Assembly: GCA_965216065.1 (NCBI GenBank)
Contig: CBDCFB010000001.1
Span: 1,554,548 to 1,618,547, forward strand
From: Dehalococcoidia bacterium
GTDB taxonomy: Bacteria > Chloroflexota > Dehalococcoidia > Lucifugimonadales > UBA3495
Reading direction: 5' to 3'
DNA: 64,000 bases
Shown here: positions 51,750 through 62,151 of the stretch, piece after piece
Numbering within the stretch: the first letter of the stretch is position 1
Layout of the letters: each line of letters begins with the position of its first letter
Notes under the pieces: model-generated
What the model was told of the DNA's origin: nothing
Databases searched by the model: none
Seen by the model: only the letters and a program-made list of their open reading frames with translations
Translations under genes and position numbers: made by a program

Positions 51750-53908
51750 TCACTCTTCGAAGTCCGGCACGAACACCGTGTCGGACTTGCCGTTGATGGC
51801 CAGGTTCTGGATTCGCCTGTCCTCCAGCGGGCCTGTATCAGGATGGTCGTACGGGTTGTCTGAATGGAACCGGGCCAGGTACTCCGCCAGCGCGTCCTGC
51901 TCCGTACCTGGAGCGGCAAAGTCCGAAAGGCCAGGGTCGACCGCGATCGCGCTGTCTATGACCCCGTTCCCGTTGGTGTCGGGAAAGTTCGTATCTGGCG
52001 CATTGAACTGCCCGGCCTCTCCTGCCAGGTCCACCCGGCCCGCGTGTGGCAGCGGGAAGGAAAATCCCCCTCCTTGGTTGGCCAGGTAGTTGAGCGTAAC
52101 CACTTTGATGAGCCGCTGTGGATCCCCCGCGAGGCTCCCCGCCAAAACCACCCGATCAGTGACGGCGCCGTCGTCATCCACGATGGCCAGTGACCGTACC
52201 CGCCGGCCTGAGGGCGCAGAGGGGTCGAAGCTGAACCTCATGCCGCCCACCTGTGGGAAATTACCCGCTGGAACCTCACCGACGCCGTCGAAGCCGACCG
52301 AGTGTTCCAGGATATCGACCAGTCCCTGAGCGGTCACCAGGACTATCACCAGCCCGTTGTTAAATCGCAGGGCACCTTCGATGTCCAGCTGGGACACTTC
52401 TCCAAATTCTTTCCCTGCGACGGGGTTAGCCGCAGGCGGCAGGCGCTCGGCGTCATCAGCTGAAACGGTGCCGGGCGGCTGGACCACCCGGCCAATATGG
52501 TCCCGGATGCCGCCGCTGTTCTTGAAAGACACTTGGGTTTCCGGATCGTACAGGCGGGCCGTCCAGAGGTTGGCGTCTGCGGTCAGGTTCCCCAGGTTCG
52601 TTTCCTGCGTGCGAACGTCGCCACGCCTTCCTGCCAGGTAGACAACGGTACGGCCGAGGATGTTCCCGTCCTTCTCCCGCAACACCTCGCGCAGGGTGCC
52701 CACGATGTGCCTTACCTCCGGGATAGGCTCCCCGGCGAAGAGCTGCCCGCCCTGCCGGTCGGTAGCATAGACACCGCTAACGTAGGGACTGACGGAACTG
52801 GGAATAATTTCCCCATCCTGATCGAATTCTACTACCAGTCGACCGAGATACCTGTAGTCGGCATCAGTGTTGACCAGCAGCACCGGTTCCCCTGCGGCGG
52901 ATTCGTACTGTAACGGGTAGGAGTCGGCCGCTGCGTCCCCAGGACGCAGCCGGTCGGTCTGGTCCGCCAGCAGCGTGTTGGACCCACCGGCCACGATGAT
53001 GTCTACCCCGGTGAGCTTTTCGGCCAGCGCTTTCTCGATGTCGATGCGCTGCATGTGTGCCAGCAGGATGACCTTGTTTACACCCTGCGGGATAAGTTGG
53101 TTGACCGAAGACTGGATGATGGCTGCCAGTCCGTCCAGGCTGTATTCCTCCGGCTCTATGGTGATGCCCCCGGTCGCGGTAATAGACGCGCGAGGGAAGG
53201 CGTGGTCGCACCTACTATACCGACCCGCTGGCCGCCCACCGTGATCACTGCGCTGCGGGCCAGGCCTGCGCCAATCAGCATGGCCTCCTGGCCGTCGGCG
53301 ACCACCAACTCCCTCACCTCTTCGTCGTCCGCAAAGACCAGGTTGCTGGACAGGTAGGGGAACAGGGCGCCGGGGAAAGTCCTATCGCCGTCCCTGTCAG
53401 AGCCTATGATGGATGCAAACTCCACCGTTCCCCGGTCCAGCTCATGGTTGCCCACCGCTGAAGCCTGGAAACCCATGGCATTGAGCAGGGCAATATCTCC
53501 GCGACCGTTACCGGGAATTCCCAGCGTGGCCTCGTTGTCCGAGTCCGCAGCAGCGTAATAGCGCGGCCCTGGAATGAAGTTATCCCCGGAACTCAGTACC
53601 AGGGTGTTCGATGGATATTGGTCCCGGAAGGCGTCCAAAATCGCAGAGAAATTCTCGGCGTTTTCCAATGCCCCCGTGCTCCCATCCATGTCGGAAGCAT
53701 GGAGAAGCTGAAGAGTGAAGCGGGACTCCGTATCTTCTGTGGAAGTCCGTTCCGGAATTTCAAACCCTGCCCTCAACTCTCCTACTTCCAGGCGTAGGGC
53801 ATCCACTGCCGCCGACAATTCCGACAGCAATCCTGGCCTTCCGGCATGGCAAGATATCGTTGTAACCAGGACGAGGCAGGCAACAATAAATAGAACGCGG
53901 ATTGTCAT
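51750..53908 (-). pseudogene. 5'-nucleotidase/metallophosphatase lipoprotein, split by a +2 frameshift near 53187-53192
   Basis: LLHASD, SSGDNF, GNHE in the 5' frame; GGSN, RTQETNLGNLTADA, NSGGIR, FPQVGG in the 3' frame; deleting one CG joins them. May be a sequencing error. Confidence 0.8.
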
Positions 53909-54063
53909 CGGCGGGAGCAATATAATGTCATCGATAGGAGACCGGTCGTCCCCATTGTGCAGCAGGGACCGCAGGCGGCGCAATCATCCGAGACCCAACA
54001 CAGCCACTCTAAGTTTCGGTATCAGGGCTACTCTCTGCTTGCCCGTCTTCCCCCGTTTGCGAC

Positions 54064-54245
54064 CAGGGTCTTTTAGTTTTCACCCGTCACTCCCGCGAAA
54101 GCGGGAATCCAGAGGTCCAACTGCTTACAACACGACCACAGGTAGCCGGGCACTGGATTCCCGTCCCGGATCAAGTCTGGGATGACGTTCTCTCGTGGGA
54201 ATGACGGAAACAGTGTTATTCGTACCGTAAAACTAAAAGACTCTG
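54064..54245. mobile_element. 182-bp MITE carrying REP-like palindromes
   Basis: 17-bp TIRs CAGGGTCTTTTAGTTTT / AAAACTAAAAGACTCTG; 10-bp flanking direct repeat CGTTTGCGAC / CGCTTGCGAC. Confidence 0.8.
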
Positions 54246-54271
54246 CGCTTGCGACACGCAAATCGTACTGG

Positions 54272-54820
54272 CTAGTAGGTCAGCGCCGACTCGGTGCCCT
54301 CCGGCAGCTCCACATCCAGGGCCTGCAGGCAGTGGGCCAGCGTGTGGTAGTAGCCGCTGACCACCAGCACGTCCACCACGCCGGCGTTGCCGACCAGCGC
54401 CCGCATAGATTCGAAGGTCGTATCAGAGATCCGGTGCTGCCGAAGCAACTCCAACACGAACTGCACCACCGTAGCGTCGTCGGCTTCCAACCCGGCGGGC
54501 GCCCGGTATTCCAGTATGGCGGCGATTATTTCGTCGGAGATTCCCGCCTCTCTTGCGGGACGCTGGTTGACTGTCCAGACGTACTTGCCACAAGCCTCGC
54601 GGGCCGCGGTGAGAACGGCCAGCGCCTTGATACGAGCAGGTAGCGGGGTCTCGTAACGAGCGTAGCCGCCCAGTCCTGCCATCGCCCCTGCGGCCTGCGG
54701 ATTGTTCAGCAGCGCGGCGTAATTGCGCGCTACCCCTCCCCGCGAGGTCTCAATATCGTCCCAGATGGCCTGACCGGCGGCATCCATGGCTTCCCGAGTT
54801 GCAAATGGCACTCTGGTCAT
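54272..54820 (-). CDS. Carboxymuconolactone decarboxylase/AhpD-like family protein
   Basis: ALLNNP, LAVLTAARE...YVW, AR.AGIS, V.GYY. Confidence 0.8.
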   Translation of the reverse strand: MTRVPFATREAMDAAGQAIWDDIETSRGGVARNYAALLNNPQAAGAMAGLGGYARYETPLPARIKALAVLTAAREACGKYVWTVNQRPAREAGISDEIIAAILEYRAPAGLEADDATVVQFVLELLRQHRISDTTFESMRALVGNAGVVDVLVVSGYYHTLAHCLQALDVELPEGTESALTY

Positions 54821-54858
54821 TGCTTTTCTCCTGCGACAATTCGATTCCGGATAATACC

Positions 54859-54886
54859 GTAGGGGCGCACAACCGTGCGCCCCTAC
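54859..54886. repeat. GTAG-type REP palindrome
   Basis: GTAGGGGCGCAC-AACC-GTGCGCCCCTAC. Confidence 0.8.
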
Positions 54887-54922
54887 ATGATCTCCAGGAC
54901 TGCCTGTATCAGGCCCCTGTGG

Positions 54923-57184
54923 CTAGGCTGCTTGCGTCAGACCTGCCGGCTCGCCGTCCTTGGCCCACAGGTTCTCAAGGATGGCATCCGGGGACATGGG
55001 CAGCTGGTTCATGCGCACGCCGACCGCGTGGTAGATGGCGTTGGCGATGGCAGCCATGGGAGGCACAATCGGCACCTCACCGACGCCACGGACGCCGTAG
55101 GGATGACCAGGGTTGGCTATCTCGACGATCACCGTGCCAATCATAGGGAGGTCCAGGCTGGTGGGCATCCGGTAGTCGAGGAAGGAGGAGTTCTCCATCC
55201 GGCCGTCGGGGTTGAAGCGGTATTCCTCATTCAGCGCCCAGCCGATTCCCTGCACGACGCCGCCCTGAATCTGGCCCTCCACATAGCTGGGGTGGATGGC
55301 CTTGCCGACATCCTGGATCGCGGTGTAGTCCAGAATGGTGACCTTACCGGTGTCTGGGTCAACTTCCACATCCACGATGTGGGTGGCGAAGGCGCCGCCC
55401 GCGCCGCGGGGGTCAACACTCACCTGTGCCGAGATGGGCCCACCGGTGCGGTTCAACTGTCCCGCCAACTCCTTGAAGCTCAGTTTGAGCTCCTGGTCGG
55501 AGGTGTGCTGGAAAACGCCGTCCACCAGGTCAACATCGGCAACATCGACGTCCCAGATGCCGGCGGCGCGATCTATCATCTTCTGCTTGATTTCCTGGGC
55601 GCATTCGTAGGCGGCCCACCCAGTGGCGAATGTAGTGCGGCTGCCGCCGGTGAGGAAGGTGTATCCCACGGAGTCGGTATCCCCCACGCTGGGGTCCACG
55701 TCCTCGGCAGGAATGCCCAAGACCTCTGCGGCCTGCATGGCGATGGAGGCGCGGGTGCCTCCGATATCGGTGGAGCCTTCCACCAGCGAAATGGTCCCGT
55801 CAGCCAGCACGCTGATGGCGGCGCTGGACTGGAGCCCGATGTTGAACCAGAATCCGGAGGCCACACCGCGACCGCGATTGGGGCCTTCCAGTGGGCGCTG
55901 GTACTGCTCGGAATCCCTGGCGGCTTCCAACTGCTCGACATTGCCTACCTTGGGGAAGACCGGGCCATCAACGCGGCGCGTGCCTTCCTTGGAGGCGTTC
56001 CGCACGCGGAACTCGATGGGGTCCATGTCCAGCTTTTCCGCCAGTTCATCCACCACCGTCTCGGCGGCAAAGGCAGCGATGGGAGCGCCGGGGGCACGGT
56101 ATGCCGCGACCGGCGGCTTGTTGGCCACCACGTCGTAGCCATCGACGCGACAGTTCTCGATTTCATAGCAGGCGAACATGCACTGTGCGCCCGCAGTTAC
56201 CGGAGAGCCGGGGAAGGCGCCTGCGTCAAAGGCCAGCATCCCCTCAGCGGCGACTATCTTGCCGTCGCTTGTGGCCCCCATCTTGACATGCATGTAGGAG
56301 CCGGAGGTGGGCCCGGTGGCCTCGAATACTTCGGCGCGGCTCATCGCGGACTTAACCGGCGCGGCGGCTTTCCTGGACAGCAGTGCAGTCAGCGGCTCCA
56401 GGTAGATGGGAATCTTCCCTCCGAACCCGCCGCCAATCTCCATGGGCACCACCTTTACCTTGGAGACGGGCAAGTCCAGCACACCGGCCAGCGCGTCCCG
56501 GGTGGTGAACGCGCCCTGCGTGCTGACCCAGATGGTCAGTTCGCCGTTGGCGTTCCAGAATGCGGCGCCGTTCTGGGGCTCGATGTAACCCTGGTGCACC
56601 GTGGCCGTGGAGTATTCCTTCTCGACTACGATGTCGGCTGCGGCGAAGCCTTGGTCAAGGTCGCCCTGCTCATAGCGGAAGTGAGTGGCTATGTTGCTGT
56701 GCTTGTCGGTGGCTTCGCCCATCTCCGTGGTGGTCTGGTCTTCGTGGAGGAGTTCGGCGTCCTCGGCCATCGCCTGCCGGACCTCGGTGGCCGCCTTCAG
56801 CACTTCGTACTCCACCTCGATCAGGGCCAGGGCCTGCTCGGCGTCGTGGGCGCTGGTTGCTGCCACGGCTGCCACCGGGTGGCCCTTGTAGAGGACCTTG
56901 TCCTTCGCCATCACCTTGCGGGCAGCGGCGCTGTCGGTCGGTATGTCTGCGCCCGTGATGACGGCGCGGACTCCCCTTGCGGCCTCGGCCTTGCTGGTGT
57001 CGATGGACTTGATGCGGGCGTGAGCGTGGGGGCTCCGCAGCACTTTTGCAAAGAGGACGCCGGAGGCCTCAAAGTCGGCTCCGTACTTGGCGCGGCCGGT
57101 CACCTTGTCGGTGCCGTCGTGCCGTACCGGCCGGGTTCCGACGACCTTGTAGTCGGTATTGGACAGTACGATATTGGATGCCAT
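54923..57184 (-). CDS. Xanthine dehydrogenase family molybdopterin-binding large subunit
   Basis: KVTGRAKY, RSPHAHA, GGGFGGK, AYRAPG, GGSR, EGQIQGG, GVGE. Confidence 0.92.
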   Translation of the reverse strand: MASNIVLSNTDYKVVGTRPVRHDGTDKVTGRAKYGADFEASGVLFAKVLRSPHAHARIKSIDTSKAEAARGVRAVITGADIPTDSAAARKVMAKDKVLYKGHPVAAVAATSAHDAEQALALIEVEYEVLKAATEVRQAMAEDAELLHEDQTTTEMGEATDKHSNIATHFRYEQGDLDQGFAAADIVVEKEYSTATVHQGYIEPQNGAAFWNANGELTIWVSTQGAFTTRDALAGVLDLPVSKVKVVPMEIGGGFGGKIPIYLEPLTALLSRKAAAPVKSAMSRAEVFEATGPTSGSYMHVKMGATSDGKIVAAEGMLAFDAGAFPGSPVTAGAQCMFACYEIENCRVDGYDVVANKPPVAAYRAPGAPIAAFAAETVVDELAEKLDMDPIEFRVRNASKEGTRRVDGPVFPKVGNVEQLEAARDSEQYQRPLEGPNRGRGVASGFWFNIGLQSSAAISVLADGTISLVEGSTDIGGTRASIAMQAAEVLGIPAEDVDPSVGDTDSVGYTFLTGGSRTTFATGWAAYECAQEIKQKMIDRAAGIWDVDVADVDLVDGVFQHTSDQELKLSFKELAGQLNRTGGPISAQVSVDPRGAGGAFATHIVDVEVDPDTGKVTILDYTAIQDVGKAIHPSYVEGQIQGGVVQGIGWALNEEYRFNPDGRMENSSFLDYRMPTSLDLPMIGTVIVEIANPGHPYGVRGVGEVPIVPPMAAIANAIYHAVGVRMNQLPMSPDAILENLWAKDGEPAGLTQAA

Positions 57185-57335
57185 TAGAATCCACCTCGCG
57201 CGGAGTTTGGATACCCAAGATTAGACAGTGAATAGGCGGAATGCCGGATGCCCGGCAAACCAACCGGATTGTACCACAAGCATTTCTGAGGGGTGTTAAA
57301 ATATCACAACACGATTTCCTGGTGGAGGGGAAGAG

Positions 57336-58277
57336 ATGATGGACTTCAGCGAACTCAGAGACATAGATATCAGAGAGGCCTGGGAGAGCGAAAACGAAGA
57401 TTTTACCCCCTGGCTTTCTGACAACCTGCAGCGGCTGTCCAGGGTGCTGGGCGTCGCGATCGACCCCGACGAATTCGAAGTGGCCGTTGACGGTTTCAGC
57501 GCCGACATCCTGGCCAGTTTCCCTGCCAACGGAAGTCGTGTCGTAATTGAAAACCAGCTGGACAACACTGACCACAATCACCTGGGCCAGATCATGAGCC
57601 ACTTGGCCCGGTTCGAGGCGCAGTCCGCCATCTGGGTGGCCCGGGAGTTCCATCCCGATCACCTGGCCGCCATCCGCTGGCTGAATATGAACACCCCGGG
57701 GGATTTCTCATTCTTCGCCGTTCGCGTCCGGGCGGTACGCATTGGCGACTTTCCTGCCCCCATAGCCCCCGTGTTCGAGGTGTTGGAAAAGCCTCACGAT
57801 TGGGACCGGCGTGTCCAAGTGCTCAATCGTATGTCTCCGGGGGAGGGCGCACGGAACACCCGGCTGAATCGCCTCCGCCGCATACGCAACGACTTCTGGC
57901 ATTCCTATGCAGACCACTATCCCGGAGATGTGCGGATCAACGCTGACCACAACCACAGCAACATATATCACGAGACGGGCGGTGTTCTGGTTTCCCAGTA
58001 CCTCGCGCAGGGCAGGGTTGGCATTTTCCTGGTGGAGCAGAGCCGCAGATACGACGATGAAGCCAGGAAGCTGGTTTCCATTTACCGCGAGGGCCTGCAG
58101 CTGAACCTGGGAACCTCTGCCGAGTCCTTGCGGATCGACACCAACAACCGGGACAACTGGCCGGATATGATCGACTGGCTGCACGAGAAGCTTGGTGAAT
58201 TCCGCCGAGTTATCGAACGATACTCCTCTGGAGCCGTGGACGAAGAGCCCGAACTAGAACCGGCGGAATTCGAGTAG
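57336..58277 (+). CDS. PD-(D/E)XK-like nuclease domain protein (DUF4268-like)
   Basis: IREAW..E..DFTPWL, ADILA, VIENQL..TDH.HLGQ. Confidence 0.7.
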   Translation: MMDFSELRDIDIREAWESENEDFTPWLSDNLQRLSRVLGVAIDPDEFEVAVDGFSADILASFPANGSRVVIENQLDNTDHNHLGQIMSHLARFEAQSAIWVAREFHPDHLAAIRWLNMNTPGDFSFFAVRVRAVRIGDFPAPIAPVFEVLEKPHDWDRRVQVLNRMSPGEGARNTRLNRLRRIRNDFWHSYADHYPGDVRINADHNHSNIYHETGGVLVSQYLAQGRVGIFLVEQSRRYDDEARKLVSIYREGLQLNLGTSAESLRIDTNNRDNWPDMIDWLHEKLGEFRRVIERYSSGAVDEEPELEPAEFE

Positions 58278-58287
58278 GGAGAAAACC

Positions 58288-59517
58288 ATGCAGCCATTGG
58301 CCGGCATTCGCGTCTTGGCCGTAACTGTGTACCTGGCAGGGCCGTTCGCATCCATGAGCCTCGCCCGGTTGGGCGCCGAGGTCATCAAGGTGGAAATTCC
58401 AGGCCGCGGCGACCCGGTGAGGGGCAACGGCCCTTTTGCCGGTCCCGAGGGTACCCACCCCAGTCGAAACTCCGATGAGGACATTTCCACCCGGTTCCTC
58501 AAGCGCACCCAGGGCGTGAAGAGCGTCACCCTTGACCTCAAGACCGAAAGGGGCAGGGAGCTGTTCCTCGAACTGGCCAAGCAGAGCGATGTGGTCCTGG
58601 AGAACCTTGCACCCGGCTCGCTGCGCCGCGCCGGATTGGGTTACGAGGAGGTCGCGGCCGTAAACCCCGGCATCGTCTACGCCTCCATATCGGGCTACGG
58701 CCAGACTGGCCCATACAAGGACAAGCCGGCCCACGACCCCCAGATCCAGGGGATGAGCGGCCTCATGGACATCAACGGGGAGGAGGGCCGTCCGCCCGTA
58801 AAAGTTGGCTTTTACATCGGCGACCTGGTGACACCGATGTTCGCCTGCTACTCGATTCTGGCCGCCCTACGCGAGAAGGACCGCACCGGAAAGGGACAAT
58901 ACCTCGACGTCTCCATGATGGACACCCTCGTTTCCCTGATGTTCATGGAGAACCTGGAGGAGGGCATCGAGGCAGGTATTCCCCTGCGCACCGGGAACAT
59001 CAGCCGCAGCGGCCCCACCGGCCTGTACAGCGCTGTCGGCGGCGATATCTCCATCACCGTGACCAGCGACGACCAGTGGCGCCGCATGTGCGACGCTCTG
59101 GAGACTCCCGAGTTGCTGGACGATCCCCGCTTTGACACCTACGTGAAACGCACAGACAACGTGGAAGAAGCCCGCCGGGAAATCCAGGGCCACATCGGGA
59201 AAATGACCCTCGACGACGCCATTGAGTGCCTGGAGAAACACGACGTTCCATGCGCCCCCGTCCGCACCGCCGAGCAGGTGATGAACGACCGCCACTTCTG
59301 GGACCGGGGAAGCCTGGTGCCCATGAACCACGGCGCCATGAATGAGCCGGTCGGAGGTGCAGTTGGGGCCGGTTTCCCGGTCCGTTTCTCCGGCGGAGAA
59401 CTACCGACCCTGCCCGGCGCTCCGACTTTGGGGATGCACAACGAGGAAGTCTTCAGGAGCATTCTGGGCCTCAGCGAAGCGCAACTCGCTGACCTCAAAG
59501 CGCAGGGCGTGGTATAG
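58288..59517 (+). CDS. Family III CoA-transferase (CaiB/BaiF), catalytic Asp present
   Basis: LAGP, LGAEVIKVE, ISGYGQTGP, IGD. Confidence 0.9.
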   Translation: MQPLAGIRVLAVTVYLAGPFASMSLARLGAEVIKVEIPGRGDPVRGNGPFAGPEGTHPSRNSDEDISTRFLKRTQGVKSVTLDLKTERGRELFLELAKQSDVVLENLAPGSLRRAGLGYEEVAAVNPGIVYASISGYGQTGPYKDKPAHDPQIQGMSGLMDINGEEGRPPVKVGFYIGDLVTPMFACYSILAALREKDRTGKGQYLDVSMMDTLVSLMFMENLEEGIEAGIPLRTGNISRSGPTGLYSAVGGDISITVTSDDQWRRMCDALETPELLDDPRFDTYVKRTDNVEEARREIQGHIGKMTLDDAIECLEKHDVPCAPVRTAEQVMNDRHFWDRGSLVPMNHGAMNEPVGGAVGAGFPVRFSGGELPTLPGAPTLGMHNEEVFRSILGLSEAQLADLKAQGVV

Positions 59518-59641
59518 CGCAAGGGTTCAGATGAACTGACAAAGGGACGCACAACCAGTAACCACAGCCGTGCGCTTCACGTGTCCTGAATTAGGCACAT
59601 CCGAGTTTGTTCGGTAAAAGCAGACATGCTGGGGGATTTCT

Positions 59642-60559
59642 TTGACAACAAACAACGGCAGATTCAAGGCCAGGCCCATACGGACTGAGCTTTTCGTTCC
59701 GGGAAACAAGGAAGACTGGATGCGCAGGGCCCCGCGCTTCAAAGCCGACGCATATATTCTGGACCTGGAGGACTCGGTCCCGCCCGACGAGAAGCCAGCG
59801 GCCCGCGAGTCCGTCGCTGCCATGGTGCAGGAGCTCGGCGAGGCGGGCCAGACCATCGTGGTGCGGGTAAACCGGCTGGAGACCGGGCTGACCGGTGGCG
59901 ATCTCGAGGCAATTGTAGGCCCCCACCTCTACTGTGTCCTGCTGCCCAAGGTCGAAGGCCCGGCCGACGTTGTCGAAGTCGATAACCTGTTACGGCACTT
60001 CGAGCGAGAGAAGGGTCTGGAGACAGGCAGGATCTTCATTGACCCCTCCCTGGAAACCGCATCCGGAATTCGGCAATCGTGGGAAATAGCAATTTCTTCG
60101 CCCCGGATAGCCCACATGGGTGCCGCCGGCGGCAAGGGCGGAGACACCGCCCGCTCCATCGGCTTCCAGTGGACTCCTGAGGGCATGGAAACGCTGTTCC
60201 TGCGTTCCAAGGTTCTGGTGGATGTTCGCGCCGCCGGCATTCCCTATCCAATGAGCGGCGGCTGGATGGACATTCATGACCTGGACGGTCTGCGTAGGTC
60301 GGCGCAGCAAGCCAAGCAGCTGGGCTACACCGGCATGCACCTTATCCACCCCTCGCACGTGCCGGTGGTCAACGAGGTCTTCACGCCTTCGGAAGAGGAG
60401 GTGGCCCACTACAGGGGCTTGATCGAGGCAATGGAAGCGACGCGTGCCCAGGGAGGCGCGGCGGTCACCTTCGGCGGCGACATGGTGGACATCGCCCACG
60501 AAGAAACGGCCCGCGCCATGCTGGAAATCGCAAGGGAAATGGGAGTGTCGGGAGCGTGA
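59642..60559 (+). CDS. CitE-like acyl-CoA lyase (HpcH/HpaI family)
   Basis: LFVPG, LDLEDSV, VRVN, LPKVE, IHPSHV, GDMVD. Confidence 0.9.
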   Translation: MTTNNGRFKARPIRTELFVPGNKEDWMRRAPRFKADAYILDLEDSVPPDEKPAARESVAAMVQELGEAGQTIVVRVNRLETGLTGGDLEAIVGPHLYCVLLPKVEGPADVVEVDNLLRHFEREKGLETGRIFIDPSLETASGIRQSWEIAISSPRIAHMGAAGGKGGDTARSIGFQWTPEGMETLFLRSKVLVDVRAAGIPYPMSGGWMDIHDLDGLRRSAQQAKQLGYTGMHLIHPSHVPVVNEVFTPSEEEVAHYRGLIEAMEATRAQGGAAVTFGGDMVDIAHEETARAMLEIAREMGVSGA

Positions 60560-61302
60560 GCGACGAAAGTAACTCGCGGTGGCTGCCCATGCAGGGCTGC
60601 GTCAATTTCCGCGATCTCGGCGGCTACGGGAATGAAAAGGGAGAGACCGTCCGCTGGCGTCGGCTTTTCCGCAGCGACGCACTTCAGGAGATGACAACCG
60701 CCGATTCCACGCTGGCTGCCCAACAGCTGAACATCGGACTGGTTGTGGATCTTCGCAACACCAATGAAGCCAACCGGGACGGCTTGGGACCTCTGCCGGG
60801 CCTCGGTGCGGAATACCGGCACTTTCCGTTCCTCGACGCAAGGGGAGAAATTCCTCCTTTCACCGGTGGGGATATAGCGGAACGGCTTGCCGCCACATAT
60901 CTGTGGATGCTGCAGAACTCCGGGGAAGGAATAGCCGCAGCTGTCAATTCCATAGCAGAGTCACTGGATCACGGAAAAGGGGTGGTCTTCCACTGCAGCG
61001 CCGGTAAGGACCGCACGGGGCTACTTGCCGCCCTGATCCTCGAGATCCTGGAAGTGGACGCAGAGACCATCAAAGCCGACTACATGCTGACCGGGGAAGC
61101 GGTGGAAGGGATCGTGCGCCGCATCAAGGCGATGGAGCATAACCCGAACCCAACCGCGCAGACTCTGGCGCCCCAGCCATTGGCCTTTGGCAGGTTTTCT
61201 GACACTCTGCACAGGGAGTACGGGGGTGCGGAAGTCTACCTGCGAAGCCACGGGGTCACCGTAGATACCCTTGAGAGTCTGCGGAGCAACCTGCTGCAAT
61301 AG
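60556..61302 (+). CDS. Tyrosine-protein phosphatase family protein
   Basis: NFRDLGGY, FHCSAGKDRTG P-loop. Confidence 0.92.
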   Translation: MSDESNSRWLPMQGCVNFRDLGGYGNEKGETVRWRRLFRSDALQEMTTADSTLAAQQLNIGLVVDLRNTNEANRDGLGPLPGLGAEYRHFPFLDARGEIPPFTGGDIAERLAATYLWMLQNSGEGIAAAVNSIAESLDHGKGVVFHCSAGKDRTGLLAALILEILEVDAETIKADYMLTGEAVEGIVRRIKAMEHNPNPTAQTLAPQPLAFGRFSDTLHREYGGAEVYLRSHGVTVDTLESLRSNLLQ

Positions 61303-61314
61303 GCGCCTGGCCTC

Positions 61315-61362
61315 AGTAGCTACCTAGTCCCTCTTGAAAGTAGCTACCCAGTCCCTCTTGAA
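61315..61362. repeat. 24-bp tandem duplication in intergenic region
   Basis: AGTAGCTACC(T/C)AGTCCCTCTTGAA x2. Confidence 0.9.
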
Positions 61363-61380
61363 AGAGGAAGGAGCGGGGAT

Positions 61381-62151
61381 ATGGCCAACTTTGTCCTTGT
61401 GCATGGCTCAGCCCACGGCTCTTGGTGCTGGGAACGCGTGGTCCCGCTCCTTGAGCAGCATGGGCACAAAGTGATCGCCGTCGACCTCCCCGGCAATGGC
61501 CACGACGACACCCGGTTGTCCGACATAACGCTGGATACCTACGCTGATCACCTGTGCCGCGTCCTTGACACCCTGGATGGCCCTGCGGTCCTCGTGGGAC
61601 ACAGCCTGGGAGGGATATCCATCAGCCGCGCCGCTGAACTGCGGTCTGACCGGGTTGCCGTCCTCGTTTATCTGACCGCCGTCCTTCTGCAGGATGGATC
61701 GACCTTCATGCAGGCGGCATGGCAGGCCGCTTCCCATGAGCCGTATGACGAAGCCAATGCCCTCGAGAGCCGGCCCAGCTGGGATTTAGCCGCCGACCGC
61801 TCTCACGTCGTCTACAAGCCGGAGCTGGCGAAACACCGCTTCTACAACGATTGCTCACAGGAAGATGTGGAGCGAGCCAAGTCGATGCTGGTACCCCAAC
61901 CCGTGGGCCCATTGGTCTCGCCCATGCGGGTCTCCGAAGAGAACTATGGCCGGGTTCTCCGAATATTCATCGAGTGTGCCCTGGACAACGCCGTATCCCC
62001 CGAATGGGCCCGTGAGATGTACACCCAGCTGCCCTGCGCTGAGGTCATCACCATGCAGACCGGTCACTCCCCCTTCCTCTCCGCGCCGAAGGAACTGGCC
62101 GGGCACCTGCACACCTTGGCGCGCTACGCGGCAGCAGGCCAAACGGCATGA
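61381..62151 (+). CDS. Alpha/beta hydrolase (methylesterase/SABP2-like)
   Basis: FVLVHGS.HG.WCW, GHSLGG, GHSPFLS. Confidence 0.9.
   Translation: MANFVLVHGSAHGSWCWERVVPLLEQHGHKVIAVDLPGNGHDDTRLSDITLDTYADHLCRVLDTLDGPAVLVGHSLGGISISRAAELRSDRVAVLVYLTAVLLQDGSTFMQAAWQAASHEPYDEANALESRPSWDLAADRSHVVYKPELAKHRFYNDCSQEDVERAKSMLVPQPVGPLVSPMRVSEENYGRVLRIFIECALDNAVSPEWAREMYTQLPCAEVITMQTGHSPFLSAPKELAGHLHTLARYAAAGQTA

Noticed and set aside
54923-57184. Aerobic CO dehydrogenase large subunit (coxL)
   Set aside because: Active-site loop is AYRAPG rather than AYRCSFR or AYRGAGR, and no coxM/coxS are adjacent.
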